A stretch of 46,680 bases of DNA from an uncultured Candidatus Saccharibacteria bacterium (GCA_964509645.1 CAZDXV010000004.1:1-46680); one strand, 5' to 3'; counted from the stretch's first letter, positions 36,131 to 46,140 are shown. Notes: generated from the letters alone by a model not told the origin. Made by a program: numbers and translations.

Positions 36131-38030
36131 AATCTTTGAAGTAATAGTTTAAAACTTCTCTTGCGACAGGAAGAACCGCTGCTTGTACATCTTTAACATT
36201 TTCTATCATGATAGTTAAAACAATCTCCGGGTTTTCATAGGGAGCAAAAACAGTTACCCAATTGTGATGATGATTAGATAAAGGAGTTTGGGCGGTGCCT
36301 GTTTTGGCTGCAGCGGAAACCGGAAGAGAGTTAAGAATCATAGAAGATGCCTGAGGAGCATCCACTCCCGTAACACCCCTTCTCATACCCTCTCTTACAG
36401 CTTGCAGATTATCCTTGTCTATAAGTATAAGGTTGGATTTCAACACAAGAGGATCAATTTCTTTTCCTTCTACAATTTCTTTTACGACCTGGGGCTTGTA
36501 TAGGGTTCCTCCATTAGCTATGGCAACAAAAGAAACAGCAACCTGGAGAGGCGTTATGGCCATATCCCCTTGCCCTATTGATAAATTGTAAGTATCTCCG
36601 TCCCACCACCCCTCTCCTTTAACTTCTTCTTTCCATTCAGAAGAAGGGATGAAACCTTCTTCTTCTCCCGGAATATCAATATTTGTTTTTTTAGCCCAAT
36701 TAAATAAATTAAGGTACTCCTTTATTTTTGAAGGACCCAGTCCCTCTTGTTCTTTGTATCCCCCTCCTACGGTGTAAAAGTAGACATTGCAAGATTCAGC
36801 AATAGCTTTTCCTAAATCGGTCATTCCATGAACGCTCCAATCTTTATATTCATAAGTTATTTCAGGATCATACCTGTGAGGAATAGATATTTTTCCTGTA
36901 CAATTTATCTTCTTATCAGCTGCTATAATTCCCTCTTCCAAGACAGCTAAAGCTATTAAGGGCTTTATTATAGAACCTGTAGCATATTGCCCTGAAACAA
37001 CTCTGTTAAACAAGGGGTTTTCTTTCGCTGAAAGAAGATCGACTATCTCTTTTGAGTTTTCCTCTGTCTTGGAAAATATATTATTATCGAAGCTGGGTAG
37101 GCTAACCATGCTCAACACTCCCCCATTGTTAGGATTTAAAGCTACAGCTACAGCTTTGCTCGCTCCTAAATCCTCGAGTTTTTTACTCAGGGTTTCATAA
37201 ATCTTTCTTTGAAGATCTGCATTAAGCCATAATTTTAAGCTATTTCCAGATTCCGCAAAAGAAACTACTTTTTCTGAAAGGATATCTCCTAAAGCATTTC
37301 TTTCCATTCTCAGTTTGCCCGCTTTCTTTTTAAGATAGTCCTCATAGGTCTTTTCAATACCGCTTCTTCCTGTAAAATCTAAAAGAGAATAATCTTTAGA
37401 TTTCTCTAAATCTTCTTCTGATATCTTTCCTGTATATCCTATAATATGGGAAAAAACTTCTCCGTCTTTGTATTTTCTTACAGCTCTTTTTTGAATTTCA
37501 AACTCTTCTAACTCGTCTATTCTTGTTTCTAAAGATATCAAGGTTTTATGATCTATGTTTCTTATAATAAGGGATTCATCTTTTTCTATTTTATCCTCGG
37601 GGTTTATTCCTGCGACAGAAGCTATTTCAGAAAAATCCCTTTTTCTTTCTGCCTCTGGAAAACCGTTCTTTTTAACATAAATTAAATCATAGCCGGGTTC
37701 GTTAAAGACTATCTGCTCTCCTTGAGAATCATAAATAACTCCTCTCTCGGCCTTAATAGAGTGGAAAATAAATTTATTGCTTTCAGCTAAAACTGAATAC
37801 TTCTCTTTTTCTAAAACCTGAAATTGAAAGGTTTTAATAAAAAGAGAAGCAAAGACGAAGAAAACCACAACTAAAAACCACCGTAATATCTTGGCTGACA
37901 AAGGAACTTCTATTTTATGATCCCCTTCTTTTTCTTCAGACATTGTATCTAAAAAAACTTCATGGGGCTCTATATCCTGATTTATTTTTCTTTTTACTTT
38001 TCTTTTAAAGTTTGAATGAGAAACCCACAT
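36120..38030 (-). CDS. mrdA: penicillin-binding protein 2
   Basis: RGVIYD, GSIIK (SxxK), SCN (SxN), KTGTAQ; downstream of mreCD. Confidence 0.93.
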   Translation of the reverse strand: MWVSHSNFKRKVKRKINQDIEPHEVFLDTMSEEKEGDHKIEVPLSAKILRWFLVVVFFVFASLFIKTFQFQVLEKEKYSVLAESNKFIFHSIKAERGVIYDSQGEQIVFNEPGYDLIYVKKNGFPEAERKRDFSEIASVAGINPEDKIEKDESLIIRNIDHKTLISLETRIDELEEFEIQKRAVRKYKDGEVFSHIIGYTGKISEEDLEKSKDYSLLDFTGRSGIEKTYEDYLKKKAGKLRMERNALGDILSEKVVSFAESGNSLKLWLNADLQRKIYETLSKKLEDLGASKAVAVALNPNNGGVLSMVSLPSFDNNIFSKTEENSKEIVDLLSAKENPLFNRVVSGQYATGSIIKPLIALAVLEEGIIAADKKINCTGKISIPHRYDPEITYEYKDWSVHGMTDLGKAIAESCNVYFYTVGGGYKEQEGLGPSKIKEYLNLFNWAKKTNIDIPGEEEGFIPSSEWKEEVKGEGWWDGDTYNLSIGQGDMAITPLQVAVSFVAIANGGTLYKPQVVKEIVEGKEIDPLVLKSNLILIDKDNLQAVREGMRRGVTGVDAPQASSMILNSLPVSAAAKTGTAQTPLSNHHHNWVTVFAPYENPEIVLTIMIENVKDVQAAVLPVAREVLNYYFKDYEK

Positions 38031-38307
38031 ATCTTTTAAGTATAATTTTTATAGCCAAAGACATTAAAACAAGTATTAAAATGTTAAATCCTATAAAATG
38101 ACCGGAAAAAATATCCAAAAAGAGTCCTCCAGCTAATGCTACAAAAATTCCCTGAAATCTTTTCCAATCCTCTAAAAAATTCCACGCTAAAACTAAAACT
38201 AAAACTAAATTAAGAGTATATCCGGCTATTTGAAAATGAACAAGGAAGCTTGTTTGAAACAAGGTTAAAAAATAAAGTATTAAAAGTGCGGGTATCAAAA
38301 TTTTCAT
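38005..38307 (-). CDS. mreD: rod shape-determining protein MreD (short)
   Basis: hydrophobic, GGLFLDIFS, position between mreC and mrdA. Confidence 0.75.
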   Translation of the reverse strand: MKILIPALLILYFLTLFQTSFLVHFQIAGYTLNLVLVLVLAWNFLEDWKRFQGIFVALAGGLFLDIFSGHFIGFNILILVLMSLAIKIILKRYVGFSFKL

Positions 38308-39104
38308 TAAAAGTTTTTTATTACAAATAAATAAGAATTTCTATCCAAGCTAAAGCCCATTTCCAAATAGGCTTTTTGAATACTTTCAACATCTTCTTTT
38401 AAAACCTTTGACACTCTTCCTATTAAAAGACCCGGAGGAAAATCTTTTTCTATTCCAGCTGTAACAACACTGTCTCCAACAGTAATTTCTTTGTCCTTTG
38501 GAATTAAATCAAGAAGAAGCTCAAAACCACCTTGCCCCCTTATTACTCCTTCGACTTCTTTGACTTCGGCTCCAAACCTTGAATCTTTATGGGATATTAG
38601 CTTTACCTCGGAAAAATCGCTGTAAACTGCGTTTACTAAGCCCACTGCCACTTTTTCTGAAGTTATAACGGGCATGTTAGAAGAAATACCGCTGTTTTCC
38701 CCTTTATCTATTAAAAGAACATCTTCTGAAAGATTTTTTGCTATTATTCTCGCTATTGAGAGATCAAACTCTTTTCTAAGGTTTAAATCTAAAGCCTTCT
38801 TTAATTCTTCATTTTCTTTTTTTATCGACTGAAGGTAAAGAATTTCCGACATTAGCTTTTGATTCTCTTTTTTTAAGTCTTCTTTTTGCTTCTCTATTTC
38901 TCCTCTTTTCATAAAACCTATAAGAAAATCCGAGCTCCTTTCTCCCCAGCTCCAGAAAGCTCCCTGAATAGGAGAAGAAATAAAGTAAAAAAATGATTTC
39001 ACTTCTTTTTGAATAACATTAAGAGAAACCAAAACTAAAACAGCAACTAAAAAAACTATTACTGCTTTTCTTGTTCTTTTTTTTCTCCTGGACTCTATCG
39101 TCAT
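38307..39104 (-). CDS. mreC: rod shape-determining protein MreC
   Basis: TM, coiled coil ENEELKKAL, IDKG..SGI, GDSVVTAG, FPPGLLIG. Confidence 0.93.
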   Translation of the reverse strand: MTIESRRKKRTRKAVIVFLVAVLVLVSLNVIQKEVKSFFYFISSPIQGAFWSWGERSSDFLIGFMKRGEIEKQKEDLKKENQKLMSEILYLQSIKKENEELKKALDLNLRKEFDLSIARIIAKNLSEDVLLIDKGENSGISSNMPVITSEKVAVGLVNAVYSDFSEVKLISHKDSRFGAEVKEVEGVIRGQGGFELLLDLIPKDKEITVGDSVVTAGIEKDFPPGLLIGRVSKVLKEDVESIQKAYLEMGFSLDRNSYLFVIKNF

Positions 39105-39168
39105 TGTATACTATTTTACCTTAAATTTAAGTTAGATTAAAGGAGCAAATAAAAAAAGGTCATGAACA

Positions 39169-39282
39169 CTATAGGGGGGCTACCTACTTTAGCCCTAAAG
39201 GACTATCATCGGCCTTAAAGGATTTCACTTCTGTGTTCGGAATGGGAACAGGTGGAGCACCTTCAGTATAGCCCCCTTATAG
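39169..39282 (-). rRNA. rrf: 5S rRNA (ends approximate)
   Basis: CACCTGTTCCCATTCCGAACACAGAAGTGAA, GCCGATGATAGT, AGTAGG; terminal helix. Confidence 0.9.
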
Positions 39283-39639
39283 TATTCACAACCTAGAATA
39301 AAAATTACAACTATTAATTGTTAGCCAAGCGCTTTCTTTGAAATAACAAAAGAAAGTAAAAAATGATTTATTAGTACTGCTCAGCTTAGAACATCACTGC
39401 TCTTACACTTGCAGCCTATCAACCTCGTTATCTTCGAGGAATCTAAGAGTCCTAATCTTGGGGTAGGCTTCGCGCTTAGATGCCTTCAGCGCTTATCCTT
39501 TCCCGACTTAGCTACCCAGCTATGCTCCTGGCGGAACAACTGGTAGACCAGAGGTCAGTTCAATCCGGTCCTCTCGTACTAGGATTGAGTCCCCTCAAGA
39601 CTCGACGCCTACGGTAGATAGGGACCAACCTGTCTCACG

Positions 39640-39894
39640 CATATTATCTCACCTATTACTAAGTGTATGGACTATATCACCACCCATTCTTTTAATGGGG
39701 GCTGACGTATTGTGGAAGGTTATAACTTCCACCCCTCTGAATAGTACAGAGAAGTCTCTACGGGGCTAGTAATCTTCTAAAAGATTACAGCTTCCCTCGG
39801 TATTGTCCTAATGTATGACAGGTAATCGTATTAGGATTTCACCGATATTAGTCAGCTTTTACAGTTCGTCTCTCGACGAAAAGCCGCCGAACTG
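39640..39894 (-). mobile_element. group I intron at 23S position 2593 (E. coli numbering), 255 nt, no ORF
   Basis: exon junction ccgU|cgtgagacag; ends in G; core motifs CCGTAGAGACT and GATATAGTCC. Confidence 0.88.
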
Positions 39895-39903
39895 ACGGTT
39901 TGA

Positions 39904-40727
39904 CATATTAATTCTGTATTACTACAGATATGGACTATATCTTCCAAACACTCTGATTGAGTATTTGGCTGACGTATTATAGTGATTTATAATGACTGCT
40001 CACTATCTCTCGATTATTGTTCGAGAAGTCTCTACGGGGACAATTTTATATCTCATTGAAGGAATTATGTAGGGTTCTATAATCTTTCTTAATTTACAAG
40101 TTCCAGTATTATCCAATCTTAACCTCCATCTGTTTCGATCTTTGTTTATTCTGGAAATAATACTTAATTTACTCCTCAGAATTTTTCTTAATTTTTCATT
40201 TTCAAAAAAAGAAAAATTATGAGTATTTACGATAAGAGATTTTCCATCGTTGCACCCATCATCCATAATCCAGACTGCGAGAGTTATTGGTGTTAACAAA
40301 TCAGAAATATTCTTAGGTAATACTTTTGTTTTTCCAGAATAAAACATTTTATACATTTCTTTAAACTCTGTAGTTGTTCTAGTATGGAAGTACCAAGAAT
40401 AATAATCTTCATTGTTTTTAAGGTTTTTTCCACAAACTATTTTTTTAGGCGGACATAAAACTAGATTTTTAAACACTCCATACTTCCAAAAAACAAAATC
40501 CTTTTGTTTCCATCCATGGTGAATTCTTAATCGAGCGCTTTTTGTCTTTGATCGACATTCTAGTCGTCCATCTCCTAAAAGACATCCTAAAGCAACTTCT
40601 CTCTGTAGTTTTGAGATGAAAAATTGTCTTCCCACGGTATTACCCATTCTTTTATTTTAGCATATATCGTTAAAAGAATTAGGGCTCCACCGTTATTAGT
40701 CAGTTTTTACTGGGCTCATATTCACTT
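39904..40727 (-). mobile_element. group I intron at 23S position 2584 with homing endonuclease, 824 nt
   Basis: junction gctgggU|tcaaaccgt; ends in G; core motifs present. Confidence 0.9.
40003..40647 (-). CDS. LAGLIDADG homing endonuclease (double motif)
   Basis: ALGCLLGDG and LAVWIMDDG motifs; 3' end overlaps ribozyme core. Confidence 0.9.
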   Translation of the reverse strand: MGNTVGRQFFISKLQREVALGCLLGDGRLECRSKTKSARLRIHHGWKQKDFVFWKYGVFKNLVLCPPKKIVCGKNLKNNEDYYSWYFHTRTTTEFKEMYKMFYSGKTKVLPKNISDLLTPITLAVWIMDDGCNDGKSLIVNTHNFSFFENEKLRKILRSKLSIISRINKDRNRWRLRLDNTGTCKLRKIIEPYIIPSMRYKIVPVETSRTIIER

Positions 40728-40811
40728 ACCCAGCTCACGTAACGCTTTAATTGGCGAACAGCCAAACCCTTGGGAGCGGCTCCACCCCCAGGATGCGTTG
40801 AGCCGACATCG

Positions 40812-41069
40812 CTGTCGGATTTTACTCTTCTTACGAAGAGGATCGGACTATATCTTCATCCATTATCTTTTAAAAAAGAGCATGGAGTCGGCGTATGATA
40901 GAAATTTTATTCCTATCTCACCTTGCACTAATCTCTTTTTCAAGAAACTAGTCTCAGGATCAGTCTCTACGGGGTACATAAAGTACTTCCCACGATGTTG
41001 TCCGCATAGCGGATTTCACCGTTATTAGCCGAATTTTTAAACAGCATTGCTGCCGTAACACCCCGATTG
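40812..41069 (-). mobile_element. group I intron at 23S position 2500, 258 nt, no ORF
   Basis: junction cacc U|cgatgtcggct; ends in G; CCGTAGAGACT and GATATAGTCC. Confidence 0.88.
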
Positions 41070-41612
41070 AGGTGTCGAACAGGGCCGTTGATGTGGACTC
41101 GCGGGCCCTACTAACCTGTTATCCCCGGGGTAACTTTTGTCTGATGATCTCTGGATTTTCTACGAAAATCCATCGGTTCACTAAGTCCTGGTTTCCCAAC
41201 TGCGCGCATTAACTTGCTTGCAGTAAAGCCGGCTTATGGCTTTGTCCTATCGCTCCGATTTCCATCCGGAGCTAGCCGACCTTTGAGCGCCTCCGTTACT
41301 TTTTAGGAGGCAAGTGCCCCACTCAAACTGACCGTTAAGCACTGTTTCCCGCGTCAAGCGCGAGATTAGAACTAAGGCTTCAAAAGGGCGGTGTTCCATT
41401 GGCGACTCCACCCCGACCGAAATCAGGGTTTCAAAGTCTCCCGCCTACACTACGCATCTAAAACCAAAACTCAATACCTAACTACAGTAAAGCTCCCGGG
41501 GTCTTTCCGTCTAGCCGTAGGTAACCGGCATCTTCACCGGTACTGCATTTTCACCGGGCTACTCCTGGAGACAGTCCCCTAGTCGTTGAACCTTTCATGC
41601 GGGCCGGAACTT

Positions 41613-41865
41613 CAAATAGACTATACCTTCAATAATGATTTAACTCTTCTAGAATTCTCATATGTTTCTTTCTGAAACATTATTGGTTAGCGTGTTATAG
41701 GAGGTTCGAATACTCCTATCTCGGATTTCTCCTCAGTCGTTACGGGCCCAAGTAATATAACTTGATTCCCACGAGATTGGAAAAAAGAATTGACCTAACG
41801 TTCCTTGAAACGTTTTCTTTTTTCTTTCCCCGTTATGAGCTAACTTACGGGCAAGTCCGACACTT
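41613..41865 (-). mobile_element. group I intron at 23S position 1951, 253 nt, no ORF
   Basis: junction ccgggU|aagttcc; ends in G; CGTAACGACT and GGTATAGTC. Confidence 0.85.
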
Positions 41866-41905
41866 ACCCGGCAAGGGATTACGCTACCTTTGGACGGTTA
41901 TAGTT

Positions 41906-42138
41906 CATTTACTCCCTATATCGCTATAGAGTATGGACCATATCTTTTCCCGAACGGGAACCTGACGTATGGCCTCTGAGGATTCTTTTAGCTTTCCGCT
42001 AAAAGCCTTTCCTGCTGATTGACCGCTTCAATTGAACTTTTTTACTGCTTTTAAGCGAGTAGTTCAATATACCCGGTGTTTCCAGCATATAGTCAGGTTT
42101 TTTCTTGAAAAATTACTTTCAAGAGCGGCAACTTTCTT
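41906..42138 (-). mobile_element. group I intron at 23S position 1911 (helix 69), 233 nt, no ORF
   Basis: junction ggcggU|aactataac; ends in G; TCAGAGGCC and GATATGGTCC core. Confidence 0.85.
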
Positions 42139-44320
42139 ACCGCCGACGTTCACTGGGGCTTCACTCGCTTAGCTGCTGTCCGAAGACAGCTACCGGCAAG
42201 CTTAACCTTCCAGCACTGGTCAGGTCTCAGCCCCTATACATCCTCTTACGAGTTTAGCAGGGACCTGTGTTTTTGATAAACAGTCGCTAGGGGTACTTTC
42301 GCTGCGGCCCCAATAAAGGGGCAAGGTATATCCCGAAGTTACACCTGCTTTTTTGCCGAGTTCCTTCAGGAGATTTCACCCGTTCACCTTGGCACACTAA
42401 CGCCAACCCACCTGTGTCGGTTTGCGGTACGGTCTCCCTTAATGATAACTTCCAATGAACTTTTCCCGGGAAACTGCTCATTTAGATCTGTTCTGTCGAA
42501 ACAGAACATTTCGCCTGCTCTTGGAAAAACCTTAAACAGGCAACGGGAATCCAATAACCCGCCTAAACTACTAGCTTCCGTCATTCACTGGACTCATTAA
42601 AGGAGGGGCCGGAATATTAACCGGCTGTCCATCGGGTACGCCGTTCAGCTTCCCCTTAGGACCGCCTAACCCTTGGATGATTATCATTGCCAAGGAAACC
42701 TTGGGTTTTCGGTGCATGGGGCTCTCACCCATGTTGCGGTTACTCGTGCCAACATTCTCACTTCTTAAAACTCCACCAAGCCTTACAGCTCGGCTTCAGC
42801 GCTTTAAGAACGCTCCCCTACCTCTTTTATCTAAAAGATAAAAAACCTTATCTTCGGTATCAAGCTTTAGTCCCGGAAATCTTTGGCGCAAAAACCCTTA
42901 ACTAGTAAGCTGTTACGCACTTTTTAAAGGATAGCTGCTTCTAAGCTAACCTCCTAGCTATCCGAGGGATCTTACTTCCTTAGAAACACTTAGCTTGATT
43001 TAGGGACCTTAGATGAAGATCTGGGCTGTTTCCCTTTCGACCATGGAGCTTAGCCCCCACAGTCTGACTGCCTAGCTAAACTTTGCGGTATTCGGAGTTT
43101 GGTTGGAAAGACTGGGCAAAGCCCACGTAATTCCATCCAGTGCTCTACCCCCGCAAGTAAACTAAACGCTAGCCCTAAAGCTATTTCGGGGAGAACCAGC
43201 TATTCCCAAGCTCGATTAGCTTTTCACTTCTTACCACAGCTCATCCTAAAGTGTTGCACGACTTACAGGTTCGGGCCTCCCCTTGTCTTTCGACAAGGTT
43301 CACCCTGGCCATGGCAAGCTCGCTTGGCTTCGGGTCCTTAGCATCTTCTAAAGATTGCGCTATTAACACTCGGTTTCCCTTAGCCTTCGGGGCGGAACCC
43401 CTTAGACAAAAAGAAGATACTAAGACTCGTTGGCTCATTCTGCAAAAGGCACGCCGTCACTCTGTAAACAGAGCTCCGACTCCTTGTAAGCATGATGGTT
43501 TCAGGTTCTATTTCACCGGGGTCAACCCCCTACTTTTCACCTTTCCCTCACGGTACTGGTTCGCTATCGGTGATATTGAGTATTTAGCCTTGGCCGGTTA
43601 GTCCGGCCTGCTTCCCACAGGGCTTTCTTTCCCCATGGTACTTAAGTAAGACAACAAGGAGCATAAAGAAATTTTCAAATACGGGGCTTTTACCCTCTCT
43701 GGCCGCCCTTTCCAGGGTCGTTCTTTTAACCTCTTTAACATTCTCCCTCAGCAAGAATCCTTCGCCGTTCAAAAAAACAGCAAAGGATGCTCCTGACGTT
43801 ATCCCCTTGCAACCCTCACAAAAAAGTGAGTTTGGGCTTTTCCCTTTTCGCTCGCCGCTACTAAGAGAATAAACTTCGTTCTCTTTTCCTCCGCTTACTG
43901 AGATGTTTCACTTCAGCGGGTTAGCTCCAGACATTAAAGCCTGGTATCTATGCTTTATCACATAGATGGGTTTCCCCATTGGGAAATCTTCGGATCAAAG
44001 GTTGCTAGACACCTACCCGAAGCTTATCGCAGTCACGCCACGTCCTTCATCGCCTCAATATCCCAGGGCATCCACCATCTGCTTCTAAAAAATTGCTTTC
44101 TTTTGTTAAAGAAAGCTAGAAAAACTTGACTAACAATTAATAACTGTAATTCTCCATATTCATCTTAGAGGTTATGACTCTAAGAATTTTCAAAGTTCCT
44201 CATTCTGACAATCAAAAAACCGCTCTGAAGCGGTCTAAACATTCCACAAAAATAGGCTGTTGTTTAACCGCTTCTTTTGTTGGGACGAGTTTTCTCGTTA
44301 CTTATCATAACTACTTTTCA

Positions 44321-44348
44321 ATTTTAGCAAAACAAAATTCTTTGTCAA
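44321..44348 (-). promoter_or_regulatory. promoter for the 23S-5S unit
   Basis: TTGACA (44348-44343), 16 nt, TGcTAAAAT. Confidence 0.7.
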
Positions 44349-44352
44349 GAGT

Positions 44353-44388
44353 AAAACAAAACAGACCTCAGTAAAAAACTGAGGTCTG
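44353..44388 (-). terminator. intrinsic terminator
   Basis: cagacctcagt/actgaggtctg 11-bp stem followed by TTTTGTTTT. Confidence 0.8.
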
Positions 44389-44407
44389 CTTCCTTTCTAA
44401 AACAAAT

Positions 44408-45088
44408 CTATTCTTTGAGTCTTTTTCTCAGGTTTTGGAGAACTTCACCAGCTAATTCTTTTCCTCCTAAACCAAAGGCCAATCCTGCAGCAATAACAAT
44501 CAAAGCTATTACTCCTGTTAAGATGGTTTGAATCAAGGTAGGTGCTACTCTTAACTGGATTAAAATAGCCAAAATGGCAAAAATCCATATTGACCATTTA
44601 ACAATAGCTCCAACTAATTGTCCATATCCTACTTTCATTCCTTCTACTCCAGCTCTCACTACCTTCTCTAAAATATCAGCTATAATTACAGCTACTACAA
44701 GAATTAAAGCAGCTACAATTACATTAGGAAGGAAAGCTAAAACGCTGGTCAAGAATGTAGCAAGTTGGACAAGACCTAGTATTTCTACAGCTGCCACCAA
44801 GAAAACGATCAACAAGACCCATTTGAATATAACGCCGATAAAGCCTGCTGGATCAACTTTAATTTCAGCTCTTTCTAAAGCTGTCTTCCAGCTTCCTTTC
44901 TCAAAAACTTGATTGAATTTCAACCTTCTGAGAATTTCGGCTACTAATTTTCCAACTCCGACTGAGATCAGCCAGCCAATCAAAAAAACAATAAGAGCCC
45001 CTATTAATCTTGGGATAAAGTTAATAAGACCTGCCCAAAGATCAATCAAAGCCTTCATCGTTATATTCCCCCATTCTGTTAAAATCAT
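44408..45088 (-). CDS. TM-helix repeat membrane protein (CmpX/MscS TM-domain-like)
   Basis: two F(I/L)P.(L/V)I.AL repeats, C-terminal GLAFGLGGKE; start moved to ATG 45088. Confidence 0.8.
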   Translation of the reverse strand: MILTEWGNITMKALIDLWAGLINFIPRLIGALIVFLIGWLISVGVGKLVAEILRRLKFNQVFEKGSWKTALERAEIKVDPAGFIGVIFKWVLLIVFLVAAVEILGLVQLATFLTSVLAFLPNVIVAALILVVAVIIADILEKVVRAGVEGMKVGYGQLVGAIVKWSIWIFAILAILIQLRVAPTLIQTILTGVIALIVIAAGLAFGLGGKELAGEVLQNLRKRLKE

Positions 45089-45259
45089 GTATATTTTATC
45101 TTCTTTAAGTTTAAACCGACCGACCTTTTTATTACCATAATATACCACAATCAAACCACCCTGTCTTGTGGAAAACTTAAAAGCTGAAACATATCCCTTA
45201 ATAAGAAAAACCACCTTTTTATTTCAAAGAAATACTATCTTTTTAAAATTTTTCCTAAT

Positions 45260-45287
45260 AAAAAAATCCGGAAAACTAATTCCGGAT
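45260..45287 (-). terminator. terminator after the tRNA pair
   Basis: atccggaa...ttccggat followed by T run on the minus strand. Confidence 0.7.
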
Positions 45288-45293
45288 AAGTTA

Positions 45294-45370
45294 TGGTGGA
45301 CCGTGCCAGATTCGAACTGGCGACCTCCTCATTGCAAATGAGGCGTTCTAGCCAACTGAACTAACGGCCC
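45294..45370 (-). tRNA. tRNA-Ala(TGC)
   Basis: cloverleaf, G3:U70, anticodon TGC, encoded CCA. Confidence 0.95.
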
Positions 45371-45447
45371 TGGTGGGCGTGCGTGGACTCGAACCACGGA
45401 CCTCAGCTTTATCAGAGCTGCGCTCTTACCGCCTGAGCTACACGCCC
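45371..45447 (-). tRNA. tRNA-Ile(GAT)
   Basis: cloverleaf, loop ctGATaa, encoded CCA. Confidence 0.95.
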
Positions 45448-45461
45448 TCAATAACATCTAA

Positions 45462-45490
45462 ATATTAGCAAAAAAACAGCTTCCGGTCAA
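45462..45490 (-). promoter_or_regulatory. promoter for the tRNA-Ile/Ala pair
   Basis: TTGACC (45490-45485), 17 nt, TGcTAATAT. Confidence 0.7.
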
Positions 45491-45516
45491 AGAAAAAGAC
45501 CACCAAAAAGTGGCCT
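45490..45516 (-). terminator. terminator downstream of 16S
   Basis: ggccac-tttttg-gtggtc followed by TTTTCTT. Confidence 0.55.
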
Positions 45517-45701
45517 CCTCAACGGGTTCAATTCCTAAAAGTTGCTCCGACTATCAAAATAATCGAAATTTTAGGTTCCTCGATTAATGCCTTATCGTTG
45601 AAAACAGAATTCTACGTTCTCAACAATAGCCGACACAAACAACTAAAAAAGTTGTTTTGTTTAATTGATCCACGAGCAGGTTCCCCTACCCGTGCCTTGT
45701 T

Positions 45702-46055
45702 CATGTTATTCCCTATATCGCTATAGAGCATGGACTATATCACCATCCTCTTTCTTAGAGTTTTTACTTTTCTCGGGTGCCAAGAACTATAAGTTCCATC
45801 ATGCAAGCAACCGAGAAGATAAGCTTTAATTACTTTCCTAGAAAGAGGAGCTCGGCGTGTAGTCTCTGAGGGGTCTATCTGATCTAATTTCAGAAAAAGA
45901 CTTCCCTGCTGATTAACTGCATTAGTAGCATTTTTACTTATGCTATCCATTAAATAATTATAACATAAGTAGCTCTAAATACTCAGTCTTTCCAGCATAT
46001 AGCCGAGTTTTTCCCTAAGATCTCTCTCAGGGGTCGCAACATGCAGATTGCATCA
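45702..46055 (-). mobile_element. group I intron at 16S position 1498, 354 nt, with decayed LAGLIDADG remnant
   Basis: junction aagtcgU|aacaagg; ends in G; TCAGAGACT and GATATAGTCC; remnant KAYLLGCLHDGT. Confidence 0.88.
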
Positions 46056-46140
46056 ACGACTTCATCCCTATTACTGACCTTACCTTCGGCCTTCTAAAGA
46101 AGGACTTCGGGTACTGTCAGCTCTCTTGATGTGACGGGCG

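Larger units (their letters stand above)
39350..44100 (-). rRNA. rrl: 23S rRNA interrupted by five group I introns (ends approximate)
   Basis: GGTGGATGCCCTGG..GCGATGAAGGACG at 5' end; conserved domain IV/V motifs; long complementary flanks around 39300-39360 and 44090-44150. Confidence 0.97.

Noticed and set aside
3015-36503. Numerous 60-137 aa antisense or alternate-frame ORFs overlapping core genes
   Set aside because: Shadow ORFs rich in S/F/L, expected from AT-rich codon bias
38188-38209. TAAAAC x3 repeat in mreD
   Set aside because: Encodes LVLVLV in a TM helix; in-frame low complexity
40624-44374. ORF-track ORFs within and just upstream of the 23S rRNA
   Set aside because: Chance frames over rRNA, intron or leader sequence with no protein motifs
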